Of a stretch of DNA of 64,000 nt, positions 27,800 through 42,614 are shown in pieces. Origin of the DNA: Eledone cirrhosa (lineage: Eukaryota). A program made the translations under genes and the position numbers. Below the pieces are notes generated by a model. The model was not told where the DNA came from. It did no database searches and saw only the letters and a list, made by a program, of their open reading frames with translations. The stretch covers positions 220,596,001 through 220,660,000 of the forward strand of contig OZ024741.1 in NCBI GenBank assembly GCA_964016885.1. Direction: 5' to 3'. The stretch's first letter is position 1. Every line of letters starts with the position of its first letter.

Positions 27800-29690
27800 A
27801 TAGTAGTAGACATAGTATTGGTGGTAGTGGTGGTGAAGGTGGTGGTGCAGTGGTGGTGTAGTGGTGGTGATGGTGCAGTAGTGGTGGTGAAAGTGGTGGT
27901 GTAGTGGTGGTGTAGTGGTGGTGATGGTGCAGTAGTGGTGGTGGTGATGGTGTAGTGGTGGTGTAGTGGTGGTGATGGTGCAGTAGTGGTGGTGAAGGTG
28001 GTGGTGCAGTGGTGGTGTAGTGGTGGTGATGGTGCAGTAGTGGTGGTGGTGATGGTGTAGTGGTGGTGTAGTGGTGGTGATGGTGCAGTAGTGGTGGTGA
28101 AAGTGGTGGTGTAGTGGTGGTGATGTTGGTGGGAGTGGTGGTGATGGTGATGGTGTAGTGGTGGTGTAGTGGTGGTGATGATGGTGCACTAGTGGTGGTG
28201 GTGGTGAAGGTGGTGGTGTAGTGGTGGTGATGATGGTGCAGTAGTGGTAGTGGTGATGGTGAAGGTGGTGGTGTAGTGGTGGTGATGATGGTGCAGTAGT
28301 GGTGGTGGTAATGGTGAAGGTGTAGTGGTGCTGTAGTGGTGGTGATGGTGCAGTAGTGGCGGTAGTGGTGGTGAAGGTGGTGGTGTAGTGGTGGTGATGG
28401 TGCAGTAGTGGTGGTGGTGATGGTGAAGGTGGTGGTGTAGTGGTGGTGATGTTGGTGGTAGTGGTGGTGTAATGGTGGTGTAGTGCTGGTGTAGTGGTGG
28501 TGATGGTGCAGCAGTGGTGGTGGTGATGGTGAAGGTGGTGGTGTAGTGGTGGTGATGTTGGTGGTAGTGGTGGTGATGGTGATGGTGTAGTGGTGGTGTA
28601 GTGGTGATGTAGTGGTGGTGGTGGTGCAGCAGTGGTGATGGTGAAGGTGAAGGTGGTGGTGTAGTGGTGGTGTAGTGGTGGTGATGTTGGTGGTAGTGGT
28701 GGTGATGGTGATGGTGTAGTGGTGGTGTAGTGGTGGTGGTGGTGCAGTAGTGGTGGTGGTGATGGTGCAGCTGATGGTGTAGTGGTGGTGTAGTGGTGGT
28801 GATGGTGCAGTAGTGGTGGTGGTGATGATGAAGGTGGTGGTGTAGTGGTGGTGATGGTGGTGGTGTAGTGGTGGTGATGGTGCAGTAGTGGTGATGGTGA
28901 AGGTGGTGGTGTAGTGGTGGTGATGGTGCAGTAGTGGTGATGGTGAAGGTGTAGTGGTGGTGGTGTAGTGGTGGTGATGGTGTAGTAGTGGTGATGGTGA
29001 AGGTGTAGTGGTGGTGAAGGTGGTGGTGTAGTAGAGGTGGTGGCGGTGGTGGTGTAGTATTGGTGGTAGTGTTGGTGGTGTACTGGTGTAGTGGGGGTGA
29101 TGTAGGTATTAGTGGTGGTGATGGTGATGGTGATGGTGCACTGGTGGTGTAGTAGTGGTGGTGGTGTAGTGGAAGTGATGTTGGTGGTAGTGGTGGTGAC
29201 GGTGATGGTGTAGTGGTTGTGTAGTAGTGGTGGTGGTGGTGTAGTATTGGTGGTAGTGTTGGTGGTGTACTGATGTAGTGCTGGTGATGGTGATGGTGAT
29301 GGTGCACTGGTGGTGTAGTAGTGGTGGTGGTGTAGTGGAGGTGATGTTGGTGGTAGTATTGGTGATGGTGTAGTGGTGGTGTAGTAGTGGTGGTGGTGGT
29401 GTAGTATTGGTGGTAGCGTTGGTGGTGTCCTTGTGTAGTGCTGGTGATGTTGGTAGTAGTGGTGGTGTAGTAGTGGTGGTGGTGGTAGTGGTGGTGTAGT
29501 AGTGGTGGTGGTGGTAGTGGTGGTGATGGTGGTGCTATAGTGTTGGGTGGTGGTAATGCTGGTGGAGGTATAGGTGTGGTGGTGGTGGTCGTGATGGCGG
29601 TGTAGTAATAGTAGTGGTGGTGGTGGTGGTGATGGTATTGACGGTGATGGCGGTGTAGTAGTAGTGCTGTTGGTTTTGGTGGTGGTTGGC
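27800..29690. repeat. Degenerate (GTG/GTA/GAT)n low-complexity tract
   Basis: Triplet phase shifts repeatedly; the His/Thr/Pro-rich ORFs are artefacts. Confidence 0.9.
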
Positions 29691-30109
29691 ATTTCTGATG
29701 TCCTTAGTGGTGACGACACTGACAGAAGGTGAGCGGGGGGTGGGGGGGAGATAGGAAGGACAATGCCTGAGGTTTCAACCGTGGAAAGGGATGAGAAAGA
29801 AAGACGAGGAAAATATGTGTAGGAGGAGAGTGAGAGAGTAAGTGATAGAGAGAAGGAGTAAACAGGGGGTTAGAGAGTTTGTCAACGAATTGAGAGAGAG
29901 AGAGACAGATAGATAGATAAATAGGTAGATAGGTAGGTAGGTAAATAGATAGATAGAGAGGTAGGAAGACAGGTAGGTAGAGAGATAGCGACAGACAGAC
30001 AGACATCCCCAGATAGATAGACAGATAGGTAGACAGATAGATATGTTTCTTTATTAGCCACAGGGGCACAAAAGAAGGGGACAAATACAAAGGGGGAAGT
30101 TTACATACA

Positions 30110-33100
30110 ATAAAAACGTGTAAAATATTATCACAAATGCAATTTAAAAAATTAGTCGATTTTCCCCAATAGGGGGAGACATTTCATATGGGTAACACAT
30201 ACCCACGAAAAAATGTGCAACCCTCATCTCCAGGAGTACGACGAGTTTGTACTCCTTTCCTCTCCTCCTCCTTTTCCTCAACCTACAGGCTGATATAGAG
30301 AGAAGGCCCATTCACTCGGGCCATTCTCGCCACTTTCACCCACCTTTCATAAAACTTGCTGGGGTACAGCACCTCTCTCTCCATCCTGATTCTTCTTCCA
30401 AAGTGGTATTTGAAAAAAAGAATCAGTTGTTGGCCGGAGAGAAAGGTGTCTGACCTCAGCCCTTTCAACCTTGTCCACCATACAACCTCTTTCTCCATAG
30501 CTATCACACAGAGGAAAACCGCATCTCGTTCGTTTTTGAAGGAGGGTGGCGGTTTGATCATGACAATGGACTCGGTGGTCAACCGGATTGGTCTCACCCG
30601 CGACAATAGTCGTTCTACATAGCCCCACAGGTCGGTGACGCCCGGGCAGTGTATGAATGCGTGCGCGACGGTTTCTTCGTCTCGCACGCACCTCGGACAG
30701 ATCTTTTTTGCAGGATCCCTGCCCGGGCGCCCATGTCTGTAGAGCTTGTCTCGAACTGGTAGAGCTCCTCGGTAGCACTGTCAGGCCAGGGACTTTTGGA
30801 AGTTGTTCATCGGTCCCGGGCGGAAGGTCCTACCGAACAGACTGGCCAGTTCATCTTCCTCTACGCCTAGAGTTTCACCGAGCGCGTCGTCGCACTTGCT
30901 GCGGAACAACCCTCTATAGAATGACGAAGTGGAGTCTTCACTGATCGCAGGGTCCGCCTGCCAGAGGACTGTGAGCGCCTGAGCACATTCGATGTGCCAG
31001 TAGCCCATTTTCCTCGGTCTTTGCTTGACCCAGGACTGCAGCTCGGTCAGCGAGACGAGTCGTGGGAAGGCTCGCCTCACGAACGGGGCCCACACCGGTT
31101 GTCCTGTGAGGAATACGTAGAGATGCCGCAGCCTAAGCGCGTGTTTACGCATCGTCAGCCACGGCATCCCCAGCCCTCCGTTAGAAGGGTGTTGGCAGCA
31201 GATGGATCTTCTCACCAAAGGAGCCCGGCTCTTCCAAAGGAATTGGAAGAGCGCGCGCTCCATTTTGGTGAGCGTTTTGGCTGGACAAGGCACGACAGTC
31301 AAGCGGTAGTAGATGGTGAACGCTATAAAAGTGTTCGCCACCTCCGCTCGACCTTTCAAGGATAGTTTGCACTCGGCCCACTTCTGGGTGAGTGCAAACA
31401 CCATGGCCGTCACCTCGTTCCAGTTCTTCTCCACCTGGAGGTCCGGACCAAACCAGACCCCGAGCAGCTTTGCCGGTCCTTCCGTCCAGCGTCCGACGAC
31501 GCCATCGGAAGGCATCGGTTTGCTTCTCCACGATCCGAGTTGCAAACCGATGGACTTGTCCCGGTTCAGCTTCGCTCCTGTGAACCTTTCGTATTCCTTC
31601 AGTAAGGTGCCAACTTCCTCGATTTGCGAGACGCTCGACACCATTACTGTCACGTCGTCGGCGTAGGCCGACACCGCTTTCCGCAGTCCAGGTTCCAGAG
31701 GGATGCCCTGCAATAGCTCCAACTTCCGCAGTAGTGGCTCGAGAGTCAGTACGTACAGAAGGGAGGAGAGAGGGCATCCCGGTCGAATGGATCGCGTGAT
31801 ATGGAACGGCTCCGAGAGGTAGCCGTTCACCTTGACCCTTGAGCAGATGTTGCTGTTGTGCATTGCAGCAATTCAGCCCCTGAACACGTGTCCGAAGCCT
31901 GCCGCCTCGAGCACCGCATCCAGGTAACGATGGTCAACCCTATCGAAAGCCTTAGACTGATCCAAGTTGATCAGAGCCCCACCGAAGCCGGGTTTACAGC
32001 CTACCCTCTCTATGATGTATCGCATGAGGTGGAGGTTGTCGTGTATGGACCTGCTCGGGATTGCACACGTTTGCGCCTTCCCTACCAGGTTCTCGACGAC
32101 AAGCGCCAACCTCGTTGCCAACACCTTGGTCAAAATCTTTAACTCTGTGTTGAGCAGAGTTATGGGCCTAAAGTTGCTTAGTTTGTCCCCCTTGTTCTCG
32201 TCTTTCCTGATCAGCCTGCAGAACTGGCAATTCTCCCGTTCTCCCGTTCTGCAGTAGACGACCTCGAGGACGCCAGAGAACAAGTCCAGCATGCCTATGT
32301 AAAACTCATAGGGTAGACCATCTATACCGGGTGATTTGTTTCCTGCAGCGGCCCAGAGCGTCCCGTATCTCAGTGTCTGTGATCGGTCTTTCGCAGAACT
32401 CGCCTACCATGCTCGAGAGACGCGGCAGGCCGTCGAGGTAGGAACCGAAGTCCATTGCCCCGTTCGACGCACCGCTACTCTGCCCGAACAGTTGCGCAAA
32501 GTGCCGTTGAAAGGCTGCGCACATCCGCTTGGGGTCAAGTAGCACTCGTCTGTTTTGGTCTTACAAAGACCGAATCGTGGACTTTTCTCCACTTTTAGCC
32601 TCTGCCACTCGGGCCCAGCTAACAGCTTTCGCTCCCTCGTTTCCTAGAGCACGTGATTTACTTCTGACCACGCAGCTTTCGTGTTTCGCGTCGAAGAACT
32701 GGTCCAGTGCCGTTCTCGTTGCTAGCATTCTAGCCGCGTTGCCACTCCTAGGCGCCGCCTCTACCTTGGCTACTAGTTCCGTTTCTGTTTTGTTTCTCTC
32801 TAAGGCTAACTCTCTGCTAAAGTCTATCAACTCTACTCTAATTGCTTTCTTGAGGGAGTACCACCATTTGTTGTTGACGATGGCTCCCGTCAATTGTTGC
32901 TTAACTAATCTACTTATCTGTAGGCTCTACGTGTCGGCAACGACACGTTCGGCTTCCAGTATCCGGGTCCTTGTCTATGTATTCTATCACGGTTGACTAT
33001 GCAGACGACTAGTTTTTGGTATGAATAGGCAACCATGTGCAACTTAACATCTTCTTGTCTCTCTCTCTCTCTAATAAAGAACCAGTCTAAATATGATCTA

Positions 33101-33310
33101 GATGTCCCACTGCGGTTTGTTCACGTCCACTGTGATGCAGTCGGGAAATCTAGTCGATATCTATCGGCCAGTTGGAATTGGCCGATTAAATTTTTGAGGC
33201 TGTTACACCCCACTCTACTGGGACATGATCCCACATAGTCCCATCGTGCGTCTAGGATGCCATTCCAGTCCCCACAAAAAGCAAGGAGCGAGACGTTCCC
33301 AGAAAAGACT
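30110..33310 (-). mobile_element. Tx1/L1-clade LINE ORF2 remnant (APE-RT-zinc knuckle), disrupted
   Basis: SRSYFDWFLIR (APE end), NFRPITLLNTELKILTK, LINLDQSKAFDRVDH, RPGCPLSSLLY, SAYADDVT, KLLGVWFG, CPRC....ETVAHAFIHCP; several stops and frameshifts. Confidence 0.9.
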
Positions 33311-33499
33311 CTAGACAGACAGATAGATAGATAGACAGATATGGAGATTGATTGATAATATAGATTAAACGTATACCTACATTAAATAGATTGATTAAAG
33401 GTATACCTTTATCAAACATATATAGATAGACGAATGAAATCAATAGACTACGTCAGAGAGAAAGAGAGAGTAATTCAGAGAAGTGATATATAAAGATAG

Positions 33500-34260
33500 T
33501 GTGGGGTGTGTGTGTGTCTGAATGTGTGTGTGGTGTCTGAATGTGTCTGTGTGTCTAAATGTGTGTGTGGTGTCTGAGTGTATGTGTGTGTGCGGTGTCT
33601 GAATGTGTGTGTGTGTGTGTGTGGTGTCTGAATGTGTGTGTGTGTGTCTAGTGTCTGAGTGTGTGTGTGTGGTATCTGAGTGTGTGTGTGGTCTGTGTGT
33701 GTGGTGTCTGTATGTGGTGTCTGTCTGAGTGTGTGGTCTCTGAATGCTTGTGGTGTGTGTGTGTGTGTGTGTGTATGTGTGGTGTCTGTGTGTGTATGGT
33801 GCCTGAGTGTGTGTGTGTGGTGTGTGTGTCTGTGTGTGTATGTGGTGTCTGTATGTGTGTGGTGTCTGAGTGTGTGTGTGGTGTGTGTGGTTTGTGTGTC
33901 TGTGTGTGTATGTGGTGCCTGTTTGTGTGTGGTGTATGGGTGTGTGTGTGTGGTGTGTGTGGTTTGTGTGTCCGTGTGTGTATGTGGTGTCTGTATGTGT
34001 GTGGTGTCTGAGTGTGTGTATGGTGTGTGTGGTGTGTGTGTCTGTGGGTGTATGTGGTGGTGGTGATGGTGGTGGTGATGGTGGGGGTGTGGGGGGTGGA
34101 GGTGGTGATGGTGGTGATGGTGGTGGTCGTGGTGATGGTGATGGTGGTGGTCGTGGTGATGGTGGTGGTGGTGGTGGTGGTGGTGGTGATGGTGGTGATG
34201 GTGGTGGTCGTGGTGATGGTGATGGTGGTGGTCGTGGTGATGGTGGTGGTGGTGGTGTAT
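33500..34260. repeat. (GT)-rich then (GGT/GAT) low complexity
   Basis: Direct reading. Confidence 0.9.
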
Positions 34261-34627
34261 ATGGTCGTTTAATTATGTGAGTGTATATGTATGTTTTCTT
34301 TGGAGTGGTTGTAAGGAAAATGTCTGTACGTACATGTGAGAGTGAGAGATAGAGAGAGGTAAAGACTGAGAGAGAGAAAGAGGGGGAGAGAGAGTTAATT
34401 TGTGTGCATTTGATAGAGAGAGAGTGGTAGTGATGAGAATTGGAGAGATAGACAGATGAATAGATAGACAGACAGATAGATAGATGACAGAGAAGGGGAG
34501 TGAGGGAGTGAGGTAATGTGTGTATGAGGAGGAAGCCTGTAATGGTAGGAGTTAGGGAGAATGATATAGACTTAGATGTGTCTAGATATCTTACTATCTA
34601 TATATTTCTCTCTCTCTTTCTCTCTCA

Positions 34628-34700
<73 letters not shown>

Positions 34701-34791
34701 CAACAGTAACATAAACAGGTATTCAAATATATATATATATACTTGAGTATATACTTCCGTGGTTACTCTACCGCGAGGGTGTTCTAGACAA

Positions 34792-34980
34792 TAATTGTTT
34801 CTACTTTTGGCACAAGGCCAGCAAATACCCAGTACATTACTGGTACTTTAATTTATCGACCTCGTAAGGATGAAAGGCAAAGTCAACCTCGGCGGGATTT
34901 GAACTCAGATCGTAAAGGGACGTAACTATGCTGGAAAGCATGGCGTCCGACCCTCTACCGATACTGCCAATCCACCGCCC
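34792..34980 (-). mobile_element. tRNA-derived SINE (Meta-like), full length
   Basis: Reverse complement of the consensus, starting ggcggtggattggc. Confidence 0.88.
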
Positions 34981-35153
34981 TAAATTTCAGACAATAATGA
35001 CAGGTACACAGATACGTCGACAAACCTTACAAAAATGTTATATCTCTAAGATATAAGATTTTTGCATAGTAGCCACGAAACTGTACAGTCGGTAATTTGA
35101 AGAAAAAATGGGTATTTTTTTATGTCTAATATTTCTTCTTACTTTATAATCTA

Positions 35154-35935
35154 CTAGCAGTAAAGCCCGGCGTTGCTCGGGTCGCTCAGTAGCTGTGTTA
35201 AAGTTACAATGATAAGTTTCTTTTTTGGCTTAAAAACTGTAGTGTCTACTGTGCAGACTTGCATGTGGTGTTTTTGATTAATATTCCCTCAACCAACAAT
35301 ATGCCTTATGAAGTTAAGAAAACATAACGATAACCCGAATGTTATAACAAAAGAGGATGCTGGGGATAAAAACTGCACTGGTTATTTATTAACAAAAATC
35401 GAAAATGTAAACACTGCAACACAGAGAAAAACAACGTAAGACGCTCAATGTAAACAGAACAAAGGGAAATAACTCGTCACTTGCGCTCAAAAATCGATAC
35501 ATTAGATTCGATTTCGTCACATAGGGTGGGTCAATTTGAAATATTTTTTTTCCGATGTCTTCGCTAGGGCTCAATGTACAAGTATAGCAATTTCGGTGCA
35601 ATCCCGTCAGAGATTCTAAGAGGAGATGTGTGCCAAAAATCGATAGACAGACAGACAACCACAGCTTTATATATATATAGAGAAAAGCAACGTAAGACGC
35701 TCAATGTAAACAGAACAAAGGGAAATAACTCGTCACTTACGCTCAAAAATCGATACATTAGATTCGATTTCGTCACATAGGGTGGGTCAATTTGAAATAT
35801 TTTTTTTCCGATGTCTTCGCTAGGGCTCAATGTACAAGTATAGCAATTTCGGTGCAATTCCGTCAGAGATTCTAAGAAGAGATGTGTGCCAAAAATCGAT
35901 AGACAGACAGACAACCACAGCTTTATATATATAGA
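35154..35935 (-). mobile_element. Non-autonomous Helitron with a 256-bp internal tandem duplication
   Basis: Minus strand 5' A|TCTATATATATAAAG, 3' hairpin cccgagcaacgccggg then CTAG|T; 35421-35680 is repeated at 35681-35935. Confidence 0.8.
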
Positions 35936-36119
35936 TTACATAGCTCTGATAGAGTCAATTTAATTATTCTGATTATCTTGTCTCTCATAGTCATAGAGCA
36001 ACACTGGTTAAGGTTGACAACACACAATCTCACGTACTTGTGAAAAATGTATGTGTATATATGCTTGTATATGTATGTATACCCATATATCTGTGTACCT
36101 CTCATTATTGTATATATTT

Positions 36120-36697
36120 AGCGGTGGATTGGCGGTAGAGGGTAGGACGCCATGCTTTCCAGCATAGTTACGTCCCTTTACGATCTGAGTTCAAATCCCG
36201 CCGAGGTTGACTTTGCCTTTCATCCTTACGGGGTCGATAAAATAAAGTACCAGTAATGCACTGGATAATTGCTGGCCTTGTGCCTAAAGTAGAAACAATT
36301 ATTGTATATATTTAGCGGTGGATTGGCAGTATCGGTAGAGGGTCGGACGCCATGCTTTTCAGCATAGTTACGTCCCTTTACGATCTGAGTTCAAATCCCG
36401 CCGAGGTTGAGTTTGTCTTTCATCCTTACGGGGTCGATAAAATGAAGTACCAGTAATGTACTGGGTAATTGCTGGCCTTGGCCTAAAGTAGAAACAATTA
36501 TTCTATATATTTATATACATATACTTGAGTATATACACACAAATATACATATATATGTATCTTATATGTCCCTTTACGATCTGAGTTCAAATCCCGCCGA
36601 GGTTAACTTTGCCTTTCATCCTTACGGGGTCGATAAAACAAAGTACCAGTAATGTACTGAGTAATTGCTGGCCTTGTGCCAAAAGTAGAAACAATTA
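36120..36697 (+). mobile_element. Three head-to-tail SINE copies (36120-36302, 36314-36501, partial 36568-36697)
   Basis: Each matches the Meta-like SINE consensus. Confidence 0.85.
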
Positions 36698-36856
36698 TAT
36701 ATATATTATATATATTATATATATTATATATATATATATAATATATATTATATATATATATATTATATATATATATATAAATTATATATATATATATATT
36801 ATATATTATATATATATATATTATATATATATATAATATATATATAATATATAAAA

Positions 36857-36904
<48 letters not shown>

Positions 36905-36907
<3 letters not shown>

Positions 36908-37345
36908 TAAATTTAGTCCTTCATCAGTGATCTTCCAGCCTTCATTGGTATTTCATCGCTTTAAAGACCATATACCTCTGGTTGGTGCGAGCAACGGCTA
37001 AAAAAGTCGTTGGGGCACGTAAATAGGGGGAACGTGCGAGAGAGTAAACAAACAAAGATGGTAATGCAACGAAAAGTGAGGAAGAAGGCTTCAAGTCCCT
37101 GAAATCGATGAACATAAGTTCTGTGAAATCGTAGACGAGAGAGAATAAAGATCATCCAACCTGGTCGAAATGTGAGTGAGGAAAGAATTTCGCACAGGTC
37201 AAACGGGAGGAAGTAGGAGAGGGGGTAGCAGAGAGTGAGCGAGTGAAAGTGTGGGGAAGAGGCTAACAGAGAGAGTGAATGGCAAAGGGGGAAAAAGGAA
37301 GTGAGAGAAAGACGAAGCAGTATTGAAAGAAACAAACGGTCACAG
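36905..37345. repeat. TA-flanked repeat family with permuted HHR-like motif (copies 3795-3945, 7393-7540, 51535-51935, 52155-52830, 60361-60830)
   Basis: Shared cttcatcagtgatc...atttcatcgctttaaagaccatatacctc. Confidence 0.7.
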
Positions 37346-37361
37346 CGGAGGAAAAATAAAA

Positions 37362-37415
<54 letters not shown>

Positions 37416-37855
37416 ATTTTTTCCCTGGATTTCACAAAATCTGTGGATAAAATTTCTGTCTTGACTTTTTTTAATTGAGATTGAATTATTTTCCCATATC
37501 TTACGTTAAATATTTTCAATCTTGTCGTTATAGTCACTTATATATTATATTACGAATTACTGTTCGCTTCTTTCTCACATTAATTTCTCTATTTTCATTT
37601 ATATATATATATATATATAAATATATACAATAATGAGAGGTACACAGATATATGTGTATACATACATATACAAGCATATATACACATACATTTTTCACAA
37701 GTACGTGAGATTGTGTGTTGTCAACCTCAACCAGTGTTACTCAATGACTATGAGAGACAAGATAATCGGAATAATTAAATTGAGTCTATATACATTATAA
37801 TATATATATACATTATAGTATATATATATATACATATATATATACATATATATAC

Positions 37856-37888
<33 letters not shown>

Positions 37889-37960
37889 ATATATATATAA
37901 TGTATATATATATACATATATATACATATATAGATATATACATGTATATATATATATGTG

Positions 37961-38001
<41 letters not shown>

Positions 38002-38043
38002 ATATATATACACACATATATATATACACACATATATATATAT

Positions 38044-38096
<53 letters not shown>

Positions 38097-38216
38097 TATA
38101 CACATATATATATATATACACATATATATATATATATAGACATATATATATATACAGTGGTGAACCTCAAACCTGAATAAATATATATACATATATATAT
38201 ATACATATATATATAT

Positions 38217-38260
<44 letters not shown>

Positions 38261-38375
38261 TATAAATATACATATATATATATACATATATATATATTAT
38301 GGAATACTGTTGGCTTCTTGCTACAATAATTTCTATATTTTTCATTTATATATGTATACATATATATATATATAC

Positions 38376-38470
<95 letters not shown>

Positions 38471-38477
38471 TATATAC

Positions 38478-38515
<38 letters not shown>

Positions 38516-38516
<1 letters not shown>

Positions 38517-38848
38517 GCTCTGAGTTTTCCATCCTCAGTGTATACTGATTAATGTTCAGAGCCACCTCAGCATTCTCGTGTAGCACCCATCCAACCAATT
38601 CTAGCGGCTTCCCGCCTACATTAGCTGGACATGCTCACCCACATCCAGAGTTGATATTGCACTCAGTGCTCCTGTGGGAGCCCCTACATGGACACACTGG
38701 AATAGGAACACCAAGGTTAACGTATGTCGATGCCATAAGGACAGACACTGGTCTGTTGGAGACGCAGGACATGTGCAGCGATAATGAGGGACAGAGACCG
38801 GTAGAGGGAATTCGTCCATGGTTCTCGAGAATTTTACCCGCCCTAGAA
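38516..38848 (+). mobile_element. 3' fragment of an RTE/RTEX-like LINE, with an inverted copy at 38941-39056
   Basis: LAGH...HPEL....VLLWEP.HG....G.PRLTYVDAIR.DTGL C-terminal motif. Confidence 0.65.
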
Positions 38849-38869
38849 TATATATATATCTATATATAT

Positions 38870-38944
<75 letters not shown>

Positions 38945-39155
38945 TAGGGCGGGTAAAATTCTCGAGAACCATGGACTAATTCTCTCCACCGGTCTCTGTC
39001 CCTCATTATCGCTGCCATGTCCTGCGGTGTCTGTCCCTACGGCATCGACATACGTTTAAGTTTAATAAATATTTGCTCTACGGTTCTTATATATTTGATA
39101 TATATTTATCCTTATCGAGCCCTATTTGGATTTTAGTCTTCAAATTTATTATTAT

Positions 39156-39219
<64 letters not shown>

Positions 39220-39223
<4 letters not shown>

Positions 39224-39592
39224 TCAAAATATTAATAAAAATAAACATTCGTGTGATGAAGTATATTTTATTATACATATTTCAGAGGTACTGAGCTATC
39301 TTCAACAGTACGTCCTCATCAGATAAAATAAGATGATGTATGACATACCATCTACTTAGTCAGGGCATGTCATGCATCATCTTATTTTATCTGATGAGGA
39401 CGTACTGTTGAAGATAGCTCAGTACCTCTGAAATATGTATAATAAAATATACTTGATCACACGAATGTCTATTTTTGTTAATATTTTGAATTAATATTAA
39501 TAACTCCGGAAAACGAAACTGTGGAGTGCTTCTAATCTATTGTAAAACTTTATTCTTTCATTTATTCATTGAACCTTGTTTAACCTTCAAAT
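39220..39592 (+). mobile_element. Fold-back pLTR fragment with hammerhead (core 39391-39439)
   Basis: Centre at about 39355; same family as 22065. Confidence 0.75.
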
Positions 39593-39643
39593 ATATATAT
39601 ATTATATATATATTTAAAGGTTAAATAAGGTTAAACAAGGTTA

Positions 39644-39780
<137 letters not shown>

Positions 39781-39870
39781 CATTTAAATGAGCGGAACAA
39801 GCAAAACAAAATTTAAGCAATCTTTCAAAATAAATTCAAAATACAATTTAAATATTTGCCTATCCATATT

Positions 39871-39949
39871 GCTTTTACCGACGGTTTCGCCTCACAAAAG
39901 ATTGGAAATCCAAGGGACTTCCAATGGAAAGATCGGCTCTTCAAAAAGC
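39871..39949 (-). ncRNA. Degenerate hammerhead motif
   Basis: gcttt-TTGAAGA-GCC...GGC-GAAA-CCG-TC-ggtaaaagc. Confidence 0.5.
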
Positions 39950-40094
39950 GTTTTCTCTTACACAGGACATATAGCCCCATAGCAGGCAAATACATTGCCT
40001 TCAGTCAGCTAGTGAAAGATCGAGTGGGGTCTTAAACATGGTACTTAGTACCTGTGGGGATATTGATCTCATTATATATATATATATATATATA

Positions 40095-41066
<972 letters not shown>

Positions 41067-41089
41067 TATATGTATATATATATATATAA

Positions 41090-41141
<52 letters not shown>

Positions 41142-41143
<2 letters not shown>

Positions 41144-41340
41144 CGAAGGAAATGTGGTAAGGAACAAGGTGGACCATAACGCACCAAAGTACTCAATACT
41201 TAGGGTAGTAGAGTGGGTAATAGGAACAAGTAGGACCCCGACGGCTGAGCTCAAGCCGTTTCGACGGCTAATTCTGGGAATTCCCAGAATTAGCCGTCGA
41301 AACGGCTTGAGTTCAGCCGTCGGGGTCTTACTTGTTCCTA
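41142..41340 (-). mobile_element. Fold-back pLTR end truncated inside a hammerhead (copies 2510-2635, 50725-50922, 58812-59005, 59840-60072)
   Basis: Retains GAAA-CGGCT...AGCCG-TC-ggggtc (stem III and cleavage site) on both arms; centre at 41280/41281. Confidence 0.7.
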
Positions 41341-41351
41341 TATATATATAT

Positions 41352-41450
<99 letters not shown>

Positions 41451-42187
41451 CATACATATATATATATATATATATACATATATATACATATATATATAAA
41501 TGAAAGTATAGAAATTGTTTTAGCGAGAAGCTAATAGTATTGTATAACATATATGCCACTATGTCGTGAAGATGGGAAAAATAGTTAACGTAAGGTTTAG
41601 GAAAAATAATTCAAACTCATCTCAAAAGAGAATCAGGATACAAATTCATCCACAGAATTTAGTGAAATCCAGGGAAAAATCAATAGACCCTTAACTCATG
41701 ATAAAATAAAGTTTAAAATACTTAACCTTCAATTTGGAAAAACATCAAATGCTCTGTATAGTCTTAAAGACCATTTCATGAAAACTTTCAGTGGAGATGG
41801 TTACGGTTGGATTTCAATCGTCAGCAGAGCTCAACAGATAACCAGGGCTACCACAGAATTATGAGCCAAAAAGGGAATTCTAAAACTGGCTAGTTCACCA
41901 TCATGCGTGATTATGAAAAACGCGCATGAGGAAAAACATATATATATATATGCATGCTACTGTACGTCTGTATACATATATGTGTGTACGTATACATACT
42001 TACATTTAAGTAAGTGCCGTACTAAGAGTGAGAAATGAAATTTCGTTTTCATTTTATTACAACTGATCGTTTTCGGTACGCCTGGCCGACATAACTCACT
42101 CGATATGCAAATTAGGCTGCTCAGCCGTTAATTTTCATAAGGAAAGTATATACTTTCGAACGTTCAACCATCTGGCAGAAGGGTATA

Positions 42188-42228
42188 CGGTGCTGATGAT
42201 AGCTAACAAGCTTGAAACAAGTACATCG
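42188..42228 (+). ncRNA. Minimal hammerhead motif (unit about 41950-42490)
   Basis: cggtg-CTGATGA-tAGCTaacaAGCTt-GAAA-CAAG-TA-catcg. Confidence 0.72.
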
Positions 42229-42380
42229 TTCCTGTGTCAGTGTTGAACAAAAAAGTGACGTGGTTGCCTTAACACCGTACGGCATAAATACAGGCTGTTC
42301 AGTTTGTTTACAAACGAACAAAGCGGGCGCTATAATAAGCGTCCGCTAAACTGATACGTACATATATGTATGTGTACCTG

Positions 42381-42442
<62 letters not shown>

Positions 42443-42614
42443 TGTACGTCTGTATACATATATGTATGCACGTATACATACATACTTACATATATATATA
42501 TATATACAGAGACAGAGTGTGTGTGTATAATGAGATAAAAGGAAACGATTATATTAATAATAGAGGTGTGTATGTGTGTAGCAAGGTAAGAGAGAGACTG
42601 CGTATGTTTGGAGG

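Noticed and set aside
27722-29719. 665-aa His/Pro/Thr-rich ORF (mucin- or extensin-like)
   Set aside because: Translation of a degenerate (CAC/TAC) microsatellite; the composition swaps between frames.
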